Of a stretch of 64,000 nt of DNA, positions 38,521-48,631 are shown piece after piece. The position numbers and the translations under genes are program-made. This DNA comes from Candidatus Bathyarchaeia archaeon (GTDB lineage: Archaea > Thermoproteota > Bathyarchaeia > 40CM-2-53-6): positions 29,142 to 93,141 of the forward strand of contig JBEKVV010000007.1 in NCBI GenBank assembly GCA_049513715.1, given 5' to 3'. Numbering within the stretch: the first letter of the stretch is position 1; each line of letters begins with the position of its first letter. The notes under the pieces are model-generated. The model was not told the DNA's origin and made no database searches. It worked only from the letters and a program-made list of their open reading frames with translations.

Positions 38521-39750
38521 TTGGTATTCGAATTCAAACTCCCAGATGTCGGCGAAGGCGTAGCCGAGGGCGAGGTCGTGAAATGGCTTGTGAAGGAAGG
38601 CCAGGAAGTCAACGAGAACCAACCCCTCGTCGAAATAATGACCGACAAAGTCAACGTTGAAATTCCATCGCCGAGGAAAGGCACCGTCCTCAAACTAAAC
38701 GCGAAGGAAGGCCAAGTCGTAAAAGTCGGACAAGTTCTCATAACAATCGCAGAGAAGGGCGAAGCATCAACTGCGCCCACACCCACAGCTTCGCCACCCC
38801 CAACTCTCGCTGCACGGAAGGCAGAAGAACCGCCTTCAAGAGCCGTTGCACCTCCCGTTCAAAGAAAACCACACGAGATCCTCGCAACCCCGGCCACCCG
38901 CAAGCTAGCCAGAGACCAAGGCGTCGACTTAGCACTGGTCCAAGCCACAGGCCCAGGCGGACGAATTACAGAAGATGATGTACGGAAGTTCAAGGAACCC
39001 GGAAAGGCCCCTACAGTTGCGGCCGTCACCGTCGCAGGCCCGCGTGGTTCCGAGGAACGAGTTCCGCTGCGTGGAATTCGCCGCAAAATAGCGGAAAGAA
39101 TGGTCAAATCGAAACACACCGCCGCCCACGTCACGCATGTGGATGAGGTGGACATGACCGAGATCGTCCAAGTCCGGGACAAGGCTAAAGTGTCCGCTGA
39201 GAAACGTGGCGTCAAACTGACCTATCTGCCATTCATCATCAAAGCCCTAATTCCCGCCCTGAAACAGTACCCGTACCTCAACGCAACCCTCGATGACGAG
39301 AAAGAGGAAATCGTCCTCAAGAAATACTACAACATTGGAATCGCCACAAACACAGACCAAGGCCTTGTCGTTCCAGTCCTCAAAGACGCCGAACACAAAT
39401 CAATCACACAACTTGCCGAAGAGATTGAAAAGCTCAGTGAGAAAGCTAGAGCAGGGCAATTAAGCCTGGATGAGATTCAAGGGAGCACATTCACGATAAC
39501 AAACATAGGAGGTATCGGTGGCGTGTTCGCTACCCCCATCATCAACTACCCTGAAGTCGCGATACTCGGCGTACACAAAATTACGAAAAGACCAGTTGTT
39601 AAAGAGAACCAAATAGTCATCCGAGACATGACATACCTTTCAGTCTCATTCGACCACCGCGTCCTAGATGGCGCGATGGCAGCCGAATTCATGAATACGA
39701 TTAAGCAATACCTCGAGGACCCCAAGCTGCTCCTCTTGGAGACAGACTAA
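38521..39750 (+). CDS. pdhC: Dihydrolipoamide acyltransferase E2
   Basis: Lipoyl domain TDKV, E3-binding ATPATRKLA, DHR..DG. Confidence 0.93.
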   Translation: MVFEFKLPDVGEGVAEGEVVKWLVKEGQEVNENQPLVEIMTDKVNVEIPSPRKGTVLKLNAKEGQVVKVGQVLITIAEKGEASTAPTPTASPPPTLAARKAEEPPSRAVAPPVQRKPHEILATPATRKLARDQGVDLALVQATGPGGRITEDDVRKFKEPGKAPTVAAVTVAGPRGSEERVPLRGIRRKIAERMVKSKHTAAHVTHVDEVDMTEIVQVRDKAKVSAEKRGVKLTYLPFIIKALIPALKQYPYLNATLDDEKEEIVLKKYYNIGIATNTDQGLVVPVLKDAEHKSITQLAEEIEKLSEKARAGQLSLDEIQGSTFTITNIGGIGGVFATPIINYPEVAILGVHKITKRPVVKENQIVIRDMTYLSVSFDHRVLDGAMAAEFMNTIKQYLEDPKLLLLETD

Positions 39751-39910
39751 GGGCTCCGCTAGCTGATAATACGTAAGAGCTAGAAGCTCAGGCACGCAGT
39801 AGGTCTTTGACTGTTGAAGCGACCCTTACGATATCGCTTTCCATCAGAATGTCAGTCAACGCCACGCTTGGCGTACAGTTAACTTCCCATCTCATCATTC
39901 TCGGCTTTCA

Positions 39911-40279
39911 TTAGAGGTTTTGAATTGATGAATCGATCTCTTGGAATACGCCAAGTGCCTCTGCCCTATTTGCCGAGATTGCGAGATAACCGTTTCCAAC
40001 TCTTGTGAGTAACACAGAATCCTTTTCCATGTTGACAACCACGCTGTGGAGTTTGCCAGCGCCGCCGGTTGATGTCAATCGTTCCGCCACGCCTGACAGG
40101 ATAAGTGGCCCTAATTCCATGAAAGCTCTGTCTTCCGCGTCTGTTGTGTAACTCTCGATACCAGGCCGCATTTGGCAAAATACTACTTTACCATCTTGTG
40201 AGTAAGCGGCCCATCTTATCTTTGGATGTAAACGGAAAACGCCTTCAGGTGATAAAGACCCTGGCAAAGGAGAGGCCAT
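39911..40279 (-). CDS. Roadblock/profilin-like small protein
   Basis: PKIRWAA...GKVV..MRPG pattern with alternating beta/alpha elements. Confidence 0.65.
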   Translation of the reverse strand: MASPLPGSLSPEGVFRLHPKIRWAAYSQDGKVVFCQMRPGIESYTTDAEDRAFMELGPLILSGVAERLTSTGGAGKLHSVVVNMEKDSVLLTRVGNGYLAISANRAEALGVFQEIDSSIQNL

Positions 40280-40477
40280 TTTGATGGTATGCTTCCTATG
40301 ACTTATGACTTTAGGTTCCCTTTCAATAACTTTCAAGCGTTACTGGAAAAGGACGAGTGAACGTGTCCAATGGGCATTGGAACTAGATAATTTCCTTGGC
40401 CTTGCTCGCCCAAAAAGGCCAAAAGGTCCTTTTGCTTCTCCCGTGCAAGTCGTGTCGGTTCTACAGGAGAATCGTGA

Positions 40478-41869
40478 ATGACTCTGAAGACAGAGGCAGT
40501 TGTACTCGGCAGTGGGCCGGGCGGGTATGTTGCAGCAATTCGGCTTGGCCAATTGAGAAAGGAAACAGTTCTGATTGAAAAGGACAACTTAGGGGGCGTA
40601 TGCCTGAACATTGGGTGCATACCATCCAAGGCTCTCATTCGGGTAGCGAAACTCAAGAAAAAGCTCGAAGCCGCCAAACAAATCGGAGTAGATGTATCCG
40701 GAGTTAGGATTGATCTGCCCAAGGTTCAAGCTTGGAAGCAGGGCGTGGTAGACAAGTTGACGTCGGGAGTCGAGTACCTGTGCAAAGGCAACAACGTGAA
40801 AATCATCAAAGGCCAAGGCGCATTCAAGAGTTCCCATGAGCTTGAGGTTCAAACCGCAGCTGGCACTGAAACTGTCGAGGCAAAAGACACGATTATAGCG
40901 ACGGGCTCGCGGCCATTCGAACTTCCGAGCTTCAAGTTCGATGCAACCCACATTATCAGCTCAACTGAGGCATTGGCGTTGCAAGAAGTTCCGAAGAATC
41001 TTGTTGTTATTGGTGGTGGCGTGACGGGGTTGGAAATTGGAACCATGTACGCTCAGCTGGGGAGTAAGGTTACTGTCATCGAAATGTTAGATCAGCTCCT
41101 TCCTGGCACGGACTTAGATCTCGTCAGGGTTGTGGAACGAGGTTTGCGTAGACTCTCCGTGGACTACCACGTGAAGTCGAAGGCGAATGAGTACCGCAAC
41201 GGAGAGGTATACGCAACCCTCGAGGATGGGAAGGAAGGCCTCTTCGATGCCGACAAAGTTCTGGTTACGGTTGGAAGGCGCCCAAACAGCGACCTGATTG
41301 GACTAGGGAAGACGGGCGTCGGGCTTGATCCGCATGGTTTCATTCAAGTCGACAAGAAGATGCGAACCAACGTGCCTGGCATTTACGCGATCGGAGACGT
41401 TGTTGGGCCGCCGATGCTTGCCCATAAGGCCTCAAAGGAAGGCATCGTAGCGGCAGAAGTTGTGGCGGGCATGAACAGCGAAGCTGATTTCCGCGCAATC
41501 GCAGGCGTGATCTTCACCGACCCTGAAATCGCAACCGTTGGCCTCACAGAGGCTCAGGCAAAGGAACAAGGCTTCGAGCCGGTCGTAGGCAAGTTCCCAT
41601 TTACAGCATTGGGACGCGCCCTCTTGGCTGGAGAAACCGAGGGTTTCGCTAAGATCGTGGCGGACAAGAGTTCTGATTTGGTTTTAGGCGTGCATATAGT
41701 TGGCGCCGACGCCTCCGACATGATCAGCGAGGCGGCGTTGGCCATTGAGATGGGCGCGACGTTGGAAGATATCGGGTTCACAATACACCCACACCCAACC
41801 TTACCCGAGAGCATCATGGAAGCAGCGGAAGCGGCGAAAGGAAAAGCCATACACATCCTGCAAAAATGA
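40478..41869 (+). CDS. lpdA: Dihydrolipoyl dehydrogenase E3
   Basis: GSGPGGY, GGVCLNIGCIPSK, HPHPTL.E. Confidence 0.96.
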   Translation: MTLKTEAVVLGSGPGGYVAAIRLGQLRKETVLIEKDNLGGVCLNIGCIPSKALIRVAKLKKKLEAAKQIGVDVSGVRIDLPKVQAWKQGVVDKLTSGVEYLCKGNNVKIIKGQGAFKSSHELEVQTAAGTETVEAKDTIIATGSRPFELPSFKFDATHIISSTEALALQEVPKNLVVIGGGVTGLEIGTMYAQLGSKVTVIEMLDQLLPGTDLDLVRVVERGLRRLSVDYHVKSKANEYRNGEVYATLEDGKEGLFDADKVLVTVGRRPNSDLIGLGKTGVGLDPHGFIQVDKKMRTNVPGIYAIGDVVGPPMLAHKASKEGIVAAEVVAGMNSEADFRAIAGVIFTDPEIATVGLTEAQAKEQGFEPVVGKFPFTALGRALLAGETEGFAKIVADKSSDLVLGVHIVGADASDMISEAALAIEMGATLEDIGFTIHPHPTLPESIMEAAEAAKGKAIHILQK

Positions 41870-42528
41870 AAACCACAGGAAACCTGTTAGATCTTGGTCT
41901 ACGAGAGTACGTTGAAGTCTGGAGTGTTCAACGGAAACTCGTAGAACTTCGAGCGAGGAAGGCGATTCCGGACACTCTAATCCTTGTCGAGCATCCGCAT
42001 GTCTTCACGATCGGCAAAGGTGTAACAGGCGACGTTCCAACAGAGATCAGCGGCGTTCCAGTCGTTCGAATAGAACGCGGCGGACATTGGACATACCACG
42101 GGCCAGGTCAATTGGTCGGTTACCCGATCTTGGACATCGATGCCCGCCAACGTGACATACACCGTTTTCTGCGAAACATGGAAGAAACACTGATACTCGC
42201 ACTCACCAAATTCAGTGTACAAGCCGGGCGGGGTGAGCAGACGGGCGTCTGGGTCGGCCCTAAGAAGATAGCTTCTATTGGGGCTGCGATTCGGAACTGG
42301 ACAAGCTTCCACGGTTTCGCGTTAAATGTGAACACGGACCTGCACTATTTCCACTTGATAAGCCCCTGCGGATTTCCTGGCTCAACGATGACCTCGATGC
42401 AAGCTTTGCTCGGCAAGAAGATGGACTTCGATGCTGTGAAACGCGAGGTTCGAACGCAGTTCGAGAAACTCTTCGAACTTCAATTAGTAGAGGTTGGGCC
42501 TGAGGCACTAGAGGCTATGGCTGCCTGA
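41866..42528 (+). CDS. lipB: Lipoyl(octanoyl) transferase
   Basis: EHP.VFT.G, RGG..TYHGPGQLVGYP, KIASIG, HGFALN, PCG. Confidence 0.95.
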   Translation: MKTTGNLLDLGLREYVEVWSVQRKLVELRARKAIPDTLILVEHPHVFTIGKGVTGDVPTEISGVPVVRIERGGHWTYHGPGQLVGYPILDIDARQRDIHRFLRNMEETLILALTKFSVQAGRGEQTGVWVGPKKIASIGAAIRNWTSFHGFALNVNTDLHYFHLISPCGFPGSTMTSMQALLGKKMDFDAVKREVRTQFEKLFELQLVEVGPEALEAMAA

Positions 42529-43736
42529 GCGCGGCTCTTACGCCGACTTATCGTGAAAATGGACAAAGCCACCACTCCAAGTGTGGATGTCACGATGCTG
42601 TACTCGAACGCAGACGCAGGATTGATGTTAGTCCATAGAGTTCCGAAGATCGAATTCGCAAGAAGAGAACCCACCCCTATGAGCATGTAGTAAATCGCGT
42701 AGCCTGTTCCCTTCAGCTCCGCCTTGGTGAAGTCTGGAATCATTGCTCGTTGAACTGTCTCCGAGATGGCAAGGTAGCTACCGAACAGGAAGGCTATGAA
42801 GAAAGCGTACGCCCAATAGCCCACAAGCCATAACCCCGCGAAAGACGTAGCCAAGAACGCGACGTAGGAAACACAAAGTATTGGGAGTTTGCCGATCTTG
42901 TCTGCCAGGATCCCTGCTGGTAATCCGAAAATGACCGTGGCGACGTTAAGAGTTGCATACACAACTGCGATGTCATCCTGATTAATCCCAAGCAAGCTAG
43001 CCTTCAACAAAACGAAGGAGTAATTGTAAGCACCGACCGAGAATATGCCCAAGACAACAAGCAGGAGCGAGAAATCGCGGGTCAATACGGCACGCGCGTT
43101 TTCAAATGGGCTACTGTGTCTAGGGAGTGCCTTCGAGTCGGCGACGTAGAGAACTAGGATTAGGAGTGCTATGAGGGCGGGAACAAATGAAACCCAGAAC
43201 ACACCCCTGAACCCGATGAACGGGAAAACGGCAAACGCCAAGAGGGGCCCCACCACGGCGCCGATTTGGTCAAAGGATCTGTGAAGACCAAAACCTTTGC
43301 CGGACTCGGATTTCGAAATTGAGTCACTAATCAAAGCGTCTCTAGGCGAGGTTCTCGTTCCTTTTCCGGCTCTGTCGACAACCCGTACCGCGAAAACTTG
43401 GGTCCATGAGTTGGTAAGGGCGAAGATTGGTTTGGCTATGGTGGAGAGACCGTAGCCTATCAGAACGAATGGCTTTCGTTTGCCGAATCTGTCTGTCAGA
43501 ACGCCTGAGAAGACCCTGAACATGTCGTTTACGGATTCCGCAACGCCCTCGATTAGACCGAGGACGGCTGCTGTTGCGTGCAGATCTAGCACTATGAAAT
43601 ACGGTAAAACGCCTAGGACCATTTCGGTCGATATGTCTGTGAAGAGGCTGACGTAACCCAGACGAATGACGTTTTGAAAACGTCTCGAAAAGCCGGGTTT
43701 CTGATCATCGGAATTGACAGCGTCCTTGTTCTCCAT
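42480..43736 (-). CDS. MFS transporter
   Basis: DRFGKRK, DR.GKG.RT.PRDALI, multi-TM. Confidence 0.9.
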   Translation of the reverse strand: MENKDAVNSDDQKPGFSRRFQNVIRLGYVSLFTDISTEMVLGVLPYFIVLDLHATAAVLGLIEGVAESVNDMFRVFSGVLTDRFGKRKPFVLIGYGLSTIAKPIFALTNSWTQVFAVRVVDRAGKGTRTSPRDALISDSISKSESGKGFGLHRSFDQIGAVVGPLLAFAVFPFIGFRGVFWVSFVPALIALLILVLYVADSKALPRHSSPFENARAVLTRDFSLLLVVLGIFSVGAYNYSFVLLKASLLGINQDDIAVVYATLNVATVIFGLPAGILADKIGKLPILCVSYVAFLATSFAGLWLVGYWAYAFFIAFLFGSYLAISETVQRAMIPDFTKAELKGTGYAIYYMLIGVGSLLANSIFGTLWTNINPASAFEYSIVTSTLGVVALSIFTISRRKSRAQAAIASSASGPTSTN

Positions 43737-43857
43737 GAGCTTAAACCCGCTACCCGAGTGCTCAGATCATGCCTTATTCAACAGTTGCAAGTGAACTAAA
43801 TCGTTTAAATGGCTCCGTCTCGACACTCGTTGCCTTACCTAGGCGGCCTCATCACTA

Positions 43858-44847
43858 GTGACACCTTTGTCCGATTCCTTCGGGCGCGTTGCGCGCAAGC
43901 TCAGAATCTCAGTGACGGATAGGTGTAATTTCCGTTGCCAATTCTGCATGCCCAAAACGCCTGTATGGCTGCCCCGAAGTGAGATTCTAACCTACGAAGA
44001 GATCTCCCGCATCTCATCAATCCTCGCCAAGATGGGCGTAGAAAAGATTCGTTTGAGCGGCGGAGAGCCATTGATGCGTCGGGACATCGAAAGACTGGTT
44101 GGAATGCTTTCCAAAGTCCCTGGAATACGCTCGTTGAGTATGACCACGAATGGGTTCTTGTTGACAGAGAAGGCTGCAGCGCTCAAGAAAGCCGGCTTGC
44201 AGAGCGTAACAGTGAGCCTCCACAGCCTCAAGCCGGAAAGATTCAGCGAAATCACCGGCGGCGGGGTCTATGACGTCGTGGCCGCGGGAATAAAGGCTGC
44301 GAAGAAGAATGGTTTCAGTCCGCTCAAGATTAACTCGGTGATAATACGCGGCTGCAATGATGATGAGATAGCGGACCTCGCGTCGCTCGCAAGAGCTGGC
44401 GACATTACGGTTCGGTTCATCGAATACATGCCGTTCGACGGGCAACACATGTGGGGAATGGAAAAGGTCGTCAGCGGCAAAGAAATCATTGAAAAAATCC
44501 GTGAGCGATATGAACTCGTTAAGGTTCCGCGCGAGAGTGGAAGCACCGCTGAGGTCTACCGATTCGCGGACGGTCCGGGAATGATAGGTGTAATCACTTC
44601 GATAACAGAGCCATTCTGTTCTGATTGTGATCGGGTCCGTCTTTCCGCCGATGGTAAGATAGTTCCTTGCTTGTTTGACAAGACCGGTTTCGACATGATG
44701 CCGCTATTGCGGGACGGTGCATCTGATGAGGCCTTGTTCAGTTTCATTAGGGACGCAGTTTCCCGCAAAGCTCCAGGTGTCGAAACACTTCTGAAAAACT
44801 ACCACGGGCTTGAACACGTTCGGCCAATGCATACAATCGGTGGCTAA
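43858..44847 (+). CDS. moaA: GTP 3',8-cyclase
   Basis: LRISVTDRCNFRC..CMP, FC..C.R.RL, C-terminal IGG. Confidence 0.95.
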   Translation: MTPLSDSFGRVARKLRISVTDRCNFRCQFCMPKTPVWLPRSEILTYEEISRISSILAKMGVEKIRLSGGEPLMRRDIERLVGMLSKVPGIRSLSMTTNGFLLTEKAAALKKAGLQSVTVSLHSLKPERFSEITGGGVYDVVAAGIKAAKKNGFSPLKINSVIIRGCNDDEIADLASLARAGDITVRFIEYMPFDGQHMWGMEKVVSGKEIIEKIRERYELVKVPRESGSTAEVYRFADGPGMIGVITSITEPFCSDCDRVRLSADGKIVPCLFDKTGFDMMPLLRDGASDEALFSFIRDAVSRKAPGVETLLKNYHGLEHVRPMHTIGG

Positions 44848-44994
44848 CAAGAGACTGGAAGAGATTCGGATGCGTATAAGCAGTGTTTTCCTGCCGCAAT
44901 GTTATAATACGATGTTTACGGTCTCACTCTCGAAAACCCTGAACACCAGCAACTCTCACAATTAACACAACAACCGAACAATGGTGGTAGCAAT

Positions 44995-45333
44995 ATGAGT
45001 CAACCGAACCTTGTTCGAATTGGCCAGAAACCCATTATGAATTATGTAACCGCGTGTGTGACGCTGTTCAACTCAGGTAACGGGGAAGTAATGGTTAGAG
45101 CGCGAGGCCAGGCCATAGAGAGGGCAATTGATACGGTGCAATTGCTGAAGCGAAGTTTTCTGAAAGACGTTTCGATTGAGAGCATCAACCTGGGATCGGA
45201 AGACGTTACCCGTTTCGACGGAACCCGAGGGAACATATCCACAATAGAAATCACTCTCTTCAGACAGGGCGAAGAATCCGACGAAGAAGAATACGAAGAA
45301 GAAACCGTCGAACCTGTAGCAGAGACGAAGTGA
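44995..45333 (+). CDS. Alba DNA/RNA-binding protein with acidic C-terminal tail
   Basis: IG.KP.MNYV.A, ARG.AI.RA.D, S.IEI.L. Confidence 0.9.
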   Translation: MSQPNLVRIGQKPIMNYVTACVTLFNSGNGEVMVRARGQAIERAIDTVQLLKRSFLKDVSIESINLGSEDVTRFDGTRGNISTIEITLFRQGEESDEEEYEEETVEPVAETK

Positions 45334-45419
45334 GAAATCACCTGCATTATCCGGGCAATAATAGTATTACAATGTTAAATGAAGCGCGGCCTTCGCTGCA
45401 TTGTTCTAACACCTGATGT

Positions 45420-46163
45420 TTATTCTTCCGCGCTTTTTCTCTGCAAAGGGAGTGGAGGTTTTATCCGTTGGTGAATCTCGTTTGGTTCAAGGCCGTATTC
45501 TTGTCTCAATAAGTTCTCGAGTTGACTCAGGTTTTCTACGGGGACGGATCTTCCTTTGTGCAAGGTCAGGAAAGTATCTCCCAGAACTAGCGCTTCTCGG
45601 GGATCGTGGGTAACATAGATTGTTGGTAACTGAAGCAAGGTGAATAGATTCTTCAGCTCTGAAACCAATCGTCGTCTCGTCTTGAAATCAAGGTTCTTCA
45701 TGGGCTCATCCATTACTAACACTTCGGGCTGTGTGGCCAACGTTCTAGCAAGAGCGACTCTTTGCTGTTCACCTCCACTTAGAGCGAACACTTCTCTGTT
45801 AAGGAGATCCGCAACGCCTAGCATTTTGACAAGGTGGTCAACGCGCTGTAGACTCGCCTTGTCTGTTGGATCACGAAGTCCGTAAGTTATGTTACTGCGC
45901 ACTTGCATATGCGGGAAAAGGCAGGTATTCTGGAATACGTACCCAATCTTCCTCCTCTCGATCGGCACCGAGTTAATCACATTATGGTCCTTGATGATCG
46001 TGCCCGCATCGGGATTCAGTATACCCGTGATCAGGTTCAGTAGAGTTGTCTTTCCGCTTCCATTATCGCCTAGAACAACCAAAACCTCATCATTTAGTTC
46101 GAAGTCGACTGGGCCGAGATGAAAGGCTCCTAATTGCTTTGTGAGTCCTTTTACGGTTAGCAT
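45420..46163 (-). CDS. ABC transporter ATPase (tungstate/molybdate)
   Basis: GDNGSGKT, LSGGEQQR, MDEP, VTHD. Confidence 0.9.
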   Translation of the reverse strand: MLTVKGLTKQLGAFHLGPVDFELNDEVLVVLGDNGSGKTTLLNLITGILNPDAGTIIKDHNVINSVPIERRKIGYVFQNTCLFPHMQVRSNITYGLRDPTDKASLQRVDHLVKMLGVADLLNREVFALSGGEQQRVALARTLATQPEVLVMDEPMKNLDFKTRRRLVSELKNLFTLLQLPTIYVTHDPREALVLGDTFLTLHKGRSVPVENLSQLENLLRQEYGLEPNEIHQRIKPPLPLQRKSAEE

Positions 46164-46164
46164 C

Positions 46165-46944
46165 TCAAATCAACCAGTGTTTCCGAGGATTTTGTAGTCC
46201 CGAGAGCCAAAACCACAACCCGAGGGCGGAGCAGGACACTATTAGGACTAGGAAGACACCGGGAAGCATCATAGCCATTCCACCTATGGCGTTGTCCTCC
46301 CAAAGCTGGATTGACACGGTTTTCGGATTGTAAGCCATCATGACAGTCGCGCCGAATTCACCCAGAGACCTCACCCACGCCAAAACAATGCCAGGGGCAA
46401 TTCCTGTCTTCGTTAAGGGAAGGGTGACCTTGAGGAATGTCTGCCCTGGTCCCTTTCCCAAAGTTCTCGACACGTATTCGTAATTTGGGTCAAGCCTCTC
46501 AAATGCGCTCGCAGCCGTTAAAACGACGAACGGAGACGCAACGAAGGTCTGTGCGAGAACGATGCCCACCGGATTCTGGGTCAACACGAAGCCAGCCCGT
46601 CCGAATAGTGAGGCAGCACCATAGACGTTCAAGAGAAGAGCCCCGTCAATCAGTGGTGGAATCGTCAACGGGATTGCCATCACAATACGCAGTAGAGCAG
46701 ATAGTTTCGGCGCAGTTCTCGACATTACATATCCAAGGGGAATGCCAGTGAGTGCACAAATCGTTGTCGAGACGGTTGCGGTTTCGAGGCTGAGTGTTAT
46801 AGACGAAAGCAGTTCGGGCCGCTTCAGTGCCTCAAGTACGTTCAATGAGCCTACTCTAGCAACCACTCCGAGCAGCGGTATGATTACAAAGAGGAAAAGG
46901 AAGCCTGATAGGGCCAAGATGGTGGCACGATAGATCAAGCTCAT
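46165..46944 (-). CDS. ABC transporter permease (ModB/WtpB-like)
   Basis: LAQ.FVA.PF, RSLGEFGAT.M.AY.P. Confidence 0.9.
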   Translation of the reverse strand: MSLIYRATILALSGFLFLFVIIPLLGVVARVGSLNVLEALKRPELLSSITLSLETATVSTTICALTGIPLGYVMSRTAPKLSALLRIVMAIPLTIPPLIDGALLLNVYGAASLFGRAGFVLTQNPVGIVLAQTFVASPFVVLTAASAFERLDPNYEYVSRTLGKGPGQTFLKVTLPLTKTGIAPGIVLAWVRSLGEFGATVMMAYNPKTVSIQLWEDNAIGGMAMMLPGVFLVLIVSCSALGLWFWLSGLQNPRKHWLI

Positions 46945-46960
46945 TTCGTTTGCACCCTTC

Positions 46961-47971
46961 TCAAGATTGCGAGTTCACGATAGCTGCAATGACCGGCGGA
47001 ATTGCACTCGGATCTCCACCAGCAACGAAATGAACCTGCGAAAACCCGTGCTTTCTCAGCGTCTGCTGGCCGGTGTCTGAGAGTAAGAACTTCACAAACG
47101 CCACCGCTCCATCATTGTTCTTGGCGGTGGTCGGTATTGTGACCGCAAACACGATTGGTTGACCGTAGACGGTTTTGTTTGTCTGTAGAGTATAGCTTGC
47201 TTGCTTGTAGGAGTCGGCGTAGCTTGGGGCTCCTAGGTTGATTTGCGGCGGGAGCGTTATGAAAGGTAAACCTCTTTCAACGGCCTCGTGTCTGTAAAGC
47301 GGAATCGCGTCACACTCACCACTCTCCAAGAGAGTGCTCAGAACCTCTTCGGGCCTAATTTGACTCGGGTTTCTATCTCCACGCAGAATAAGGGAACTGA
47401 TTGAAGAATTTCCGTAGTACCCATTCGCAAGTTTAGCGACAATGATCATGTAGTATCCCTTCGGATCCTGCTCAGGGTCTGTTCGAAGGAATCTGATTTG
47501 AGGAGTAGCCAGCACAAGGTACCAGGGGATTGTTCCTTGGCTTGCTTCGTTGAATAGGCCCACAAATCTGCTCTTGTTGCTGTAAGCGATCACAATCTCG
47601 TCAGACGAGAAGACCACGTACCATTTCGCGAGAGGAGGAATGTTATTTTCCAGCATTTGGATTGGGGGCACGCCTGCGCTGATGAAAACGTCGGGGGATC
47701 TCTGGCCGTCAATCACGAAGTTTGCGTTCTGAACGGAGCCATGGCCTTCGCCTGTGTAGTCGTAACCCATTGTCGCAAAGGTTGGACCTATTCCATGTTC
47801 CATCGTATCAAGGAGTGAGCCAGCGTACAGGACGTTAACAGTTCCCCCTGACTGTGAACCCATGAACTTAGCGTTCCAGGCGTAGTACAGTGAGCCGAAC
47901 ACAGCCAGTATGACCAGTAGAATGGCGACGAGGGCCGCCTGACTTCGTTCCATCGACGCCACTTCGGGCAT
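46961..47971 (-). CDS. Tungstate/molybdate-binding protein (WtpA-like)
   Basis: YAGSL, GS, DP..DP.GY, LP..INL motifs; N-terminal TM anchor. Confidence 0.88.
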   Translation of the reverse strand: MPEVASMERSQAALVAILLVILAVFGSLYYAWNAKFMGSQSGGTVNVLYAGSLLDTMEHGIGPTFATMGYDYTGEGHGSVQNANFVIDGQRSPDVFISAGVPPIQMLENNIPPLAKWYVVFSSDEIVIAYSNKSRFVGLFNEASQGTIPWYLVLATPQIRFLRTDPEQDPKGYYMIIVAKLANGYYGNSSISSLILRGDRNPSQIRPEEVLSTLLESGECDAIPLYRHEAVERGLPFITLPPQINLGAPSYADSYKQASYTLQTNKTVYGQPIVFAVTIPTTAKNNDGAVAFVKFLLSDTGQQTLRKHGFSQVHFVAGGDPSAIPPVIAAIVNSQS

Positions 47972-48000
47972 CTGCAGGGGTCAGCTTTCTATAAGCCTTG

Positions 48001-48018
48001 GTAAGCGTCAACGCTTAC
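48001..48018. promoter_or_regulatory. Perfect inverted repeat GTAAGCGT-CA-ACGCTTAC, candidate operator
   Basis: Located in the short spacer between divergent wtpA-like and tfx-like genes. Confidence 0.6.
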
Positions 48019-48051
48019 ATTCCTCCCAAACGTTAGGAGTTGAGGATTGCG

Positions 48052-48471
48052 ATGTCCAGGTTGAAGCCCGTGGGCACCCTGCTAACGGACAGACAATGGC
48101 AGGTCCTGCGACTTAGGGCAACAGGATTAACTCAGTCACAGGTGGCGAAGAGGCTTCACACTACGAGAGAGAACATCAGCATCATTGAGCATCGAGCCCA
48201 TGAGAACTTGAATGCGGCAAAAGCAACACTCGCCGCCATAGAGCAACTGTCCGAGACTAAGGAGCTTGTCATTCCAAGCGGAACAAGCGTCTTCGAAGCC
48301 ACATCAATTATTCTCCGAAGAGCTGATGTGCTACGAATCAAAGTAAAGATGAATGCCGACTCAATTCTAGCCGCTCTCCGATCAAAACGTGGCGGAAGGA
48401 TTCGGGGACATCACTTGGTCGCCGCCATCAGAGTCAGAATTGACCCAGATGGTAGGCTTGTGATAAAGTGA
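48052..48471 (+). CDS. Tfx family DNA-binding protein
   Basis: LTDRQ..VL.LR..G.TQ..VA..L.TTR.N.S.IE.RA..N...A..T. Confidence 0.88.
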   Translation: MSRLKPVGTLLTDRQWQVLRLRATGLTQSQVAKRLHTTRENISIIEHRAHENLNAAKATLAAIEQLSETKELVIPSGTSVFEATSIILRRADVLRIKVKMNADSILAALRSKRGGRIRGHHLVAAIRVRIDPDGRLVIK

Positions 48472-48631
48472 TGCAACGCAAAATCAGGTTCATTCAGAAA
48501 GCTCAAGGGCGCTTCAGAAAAATGAAAACTTGCTTTGTTGCGCGTTTATCGAGTTAGTTGCACGCGCGACAGATGAACGGAACCCTTTTACAATTCACAT
48601 TCCAAGGCGCCTCACGTTCAAGGGATTTTCG

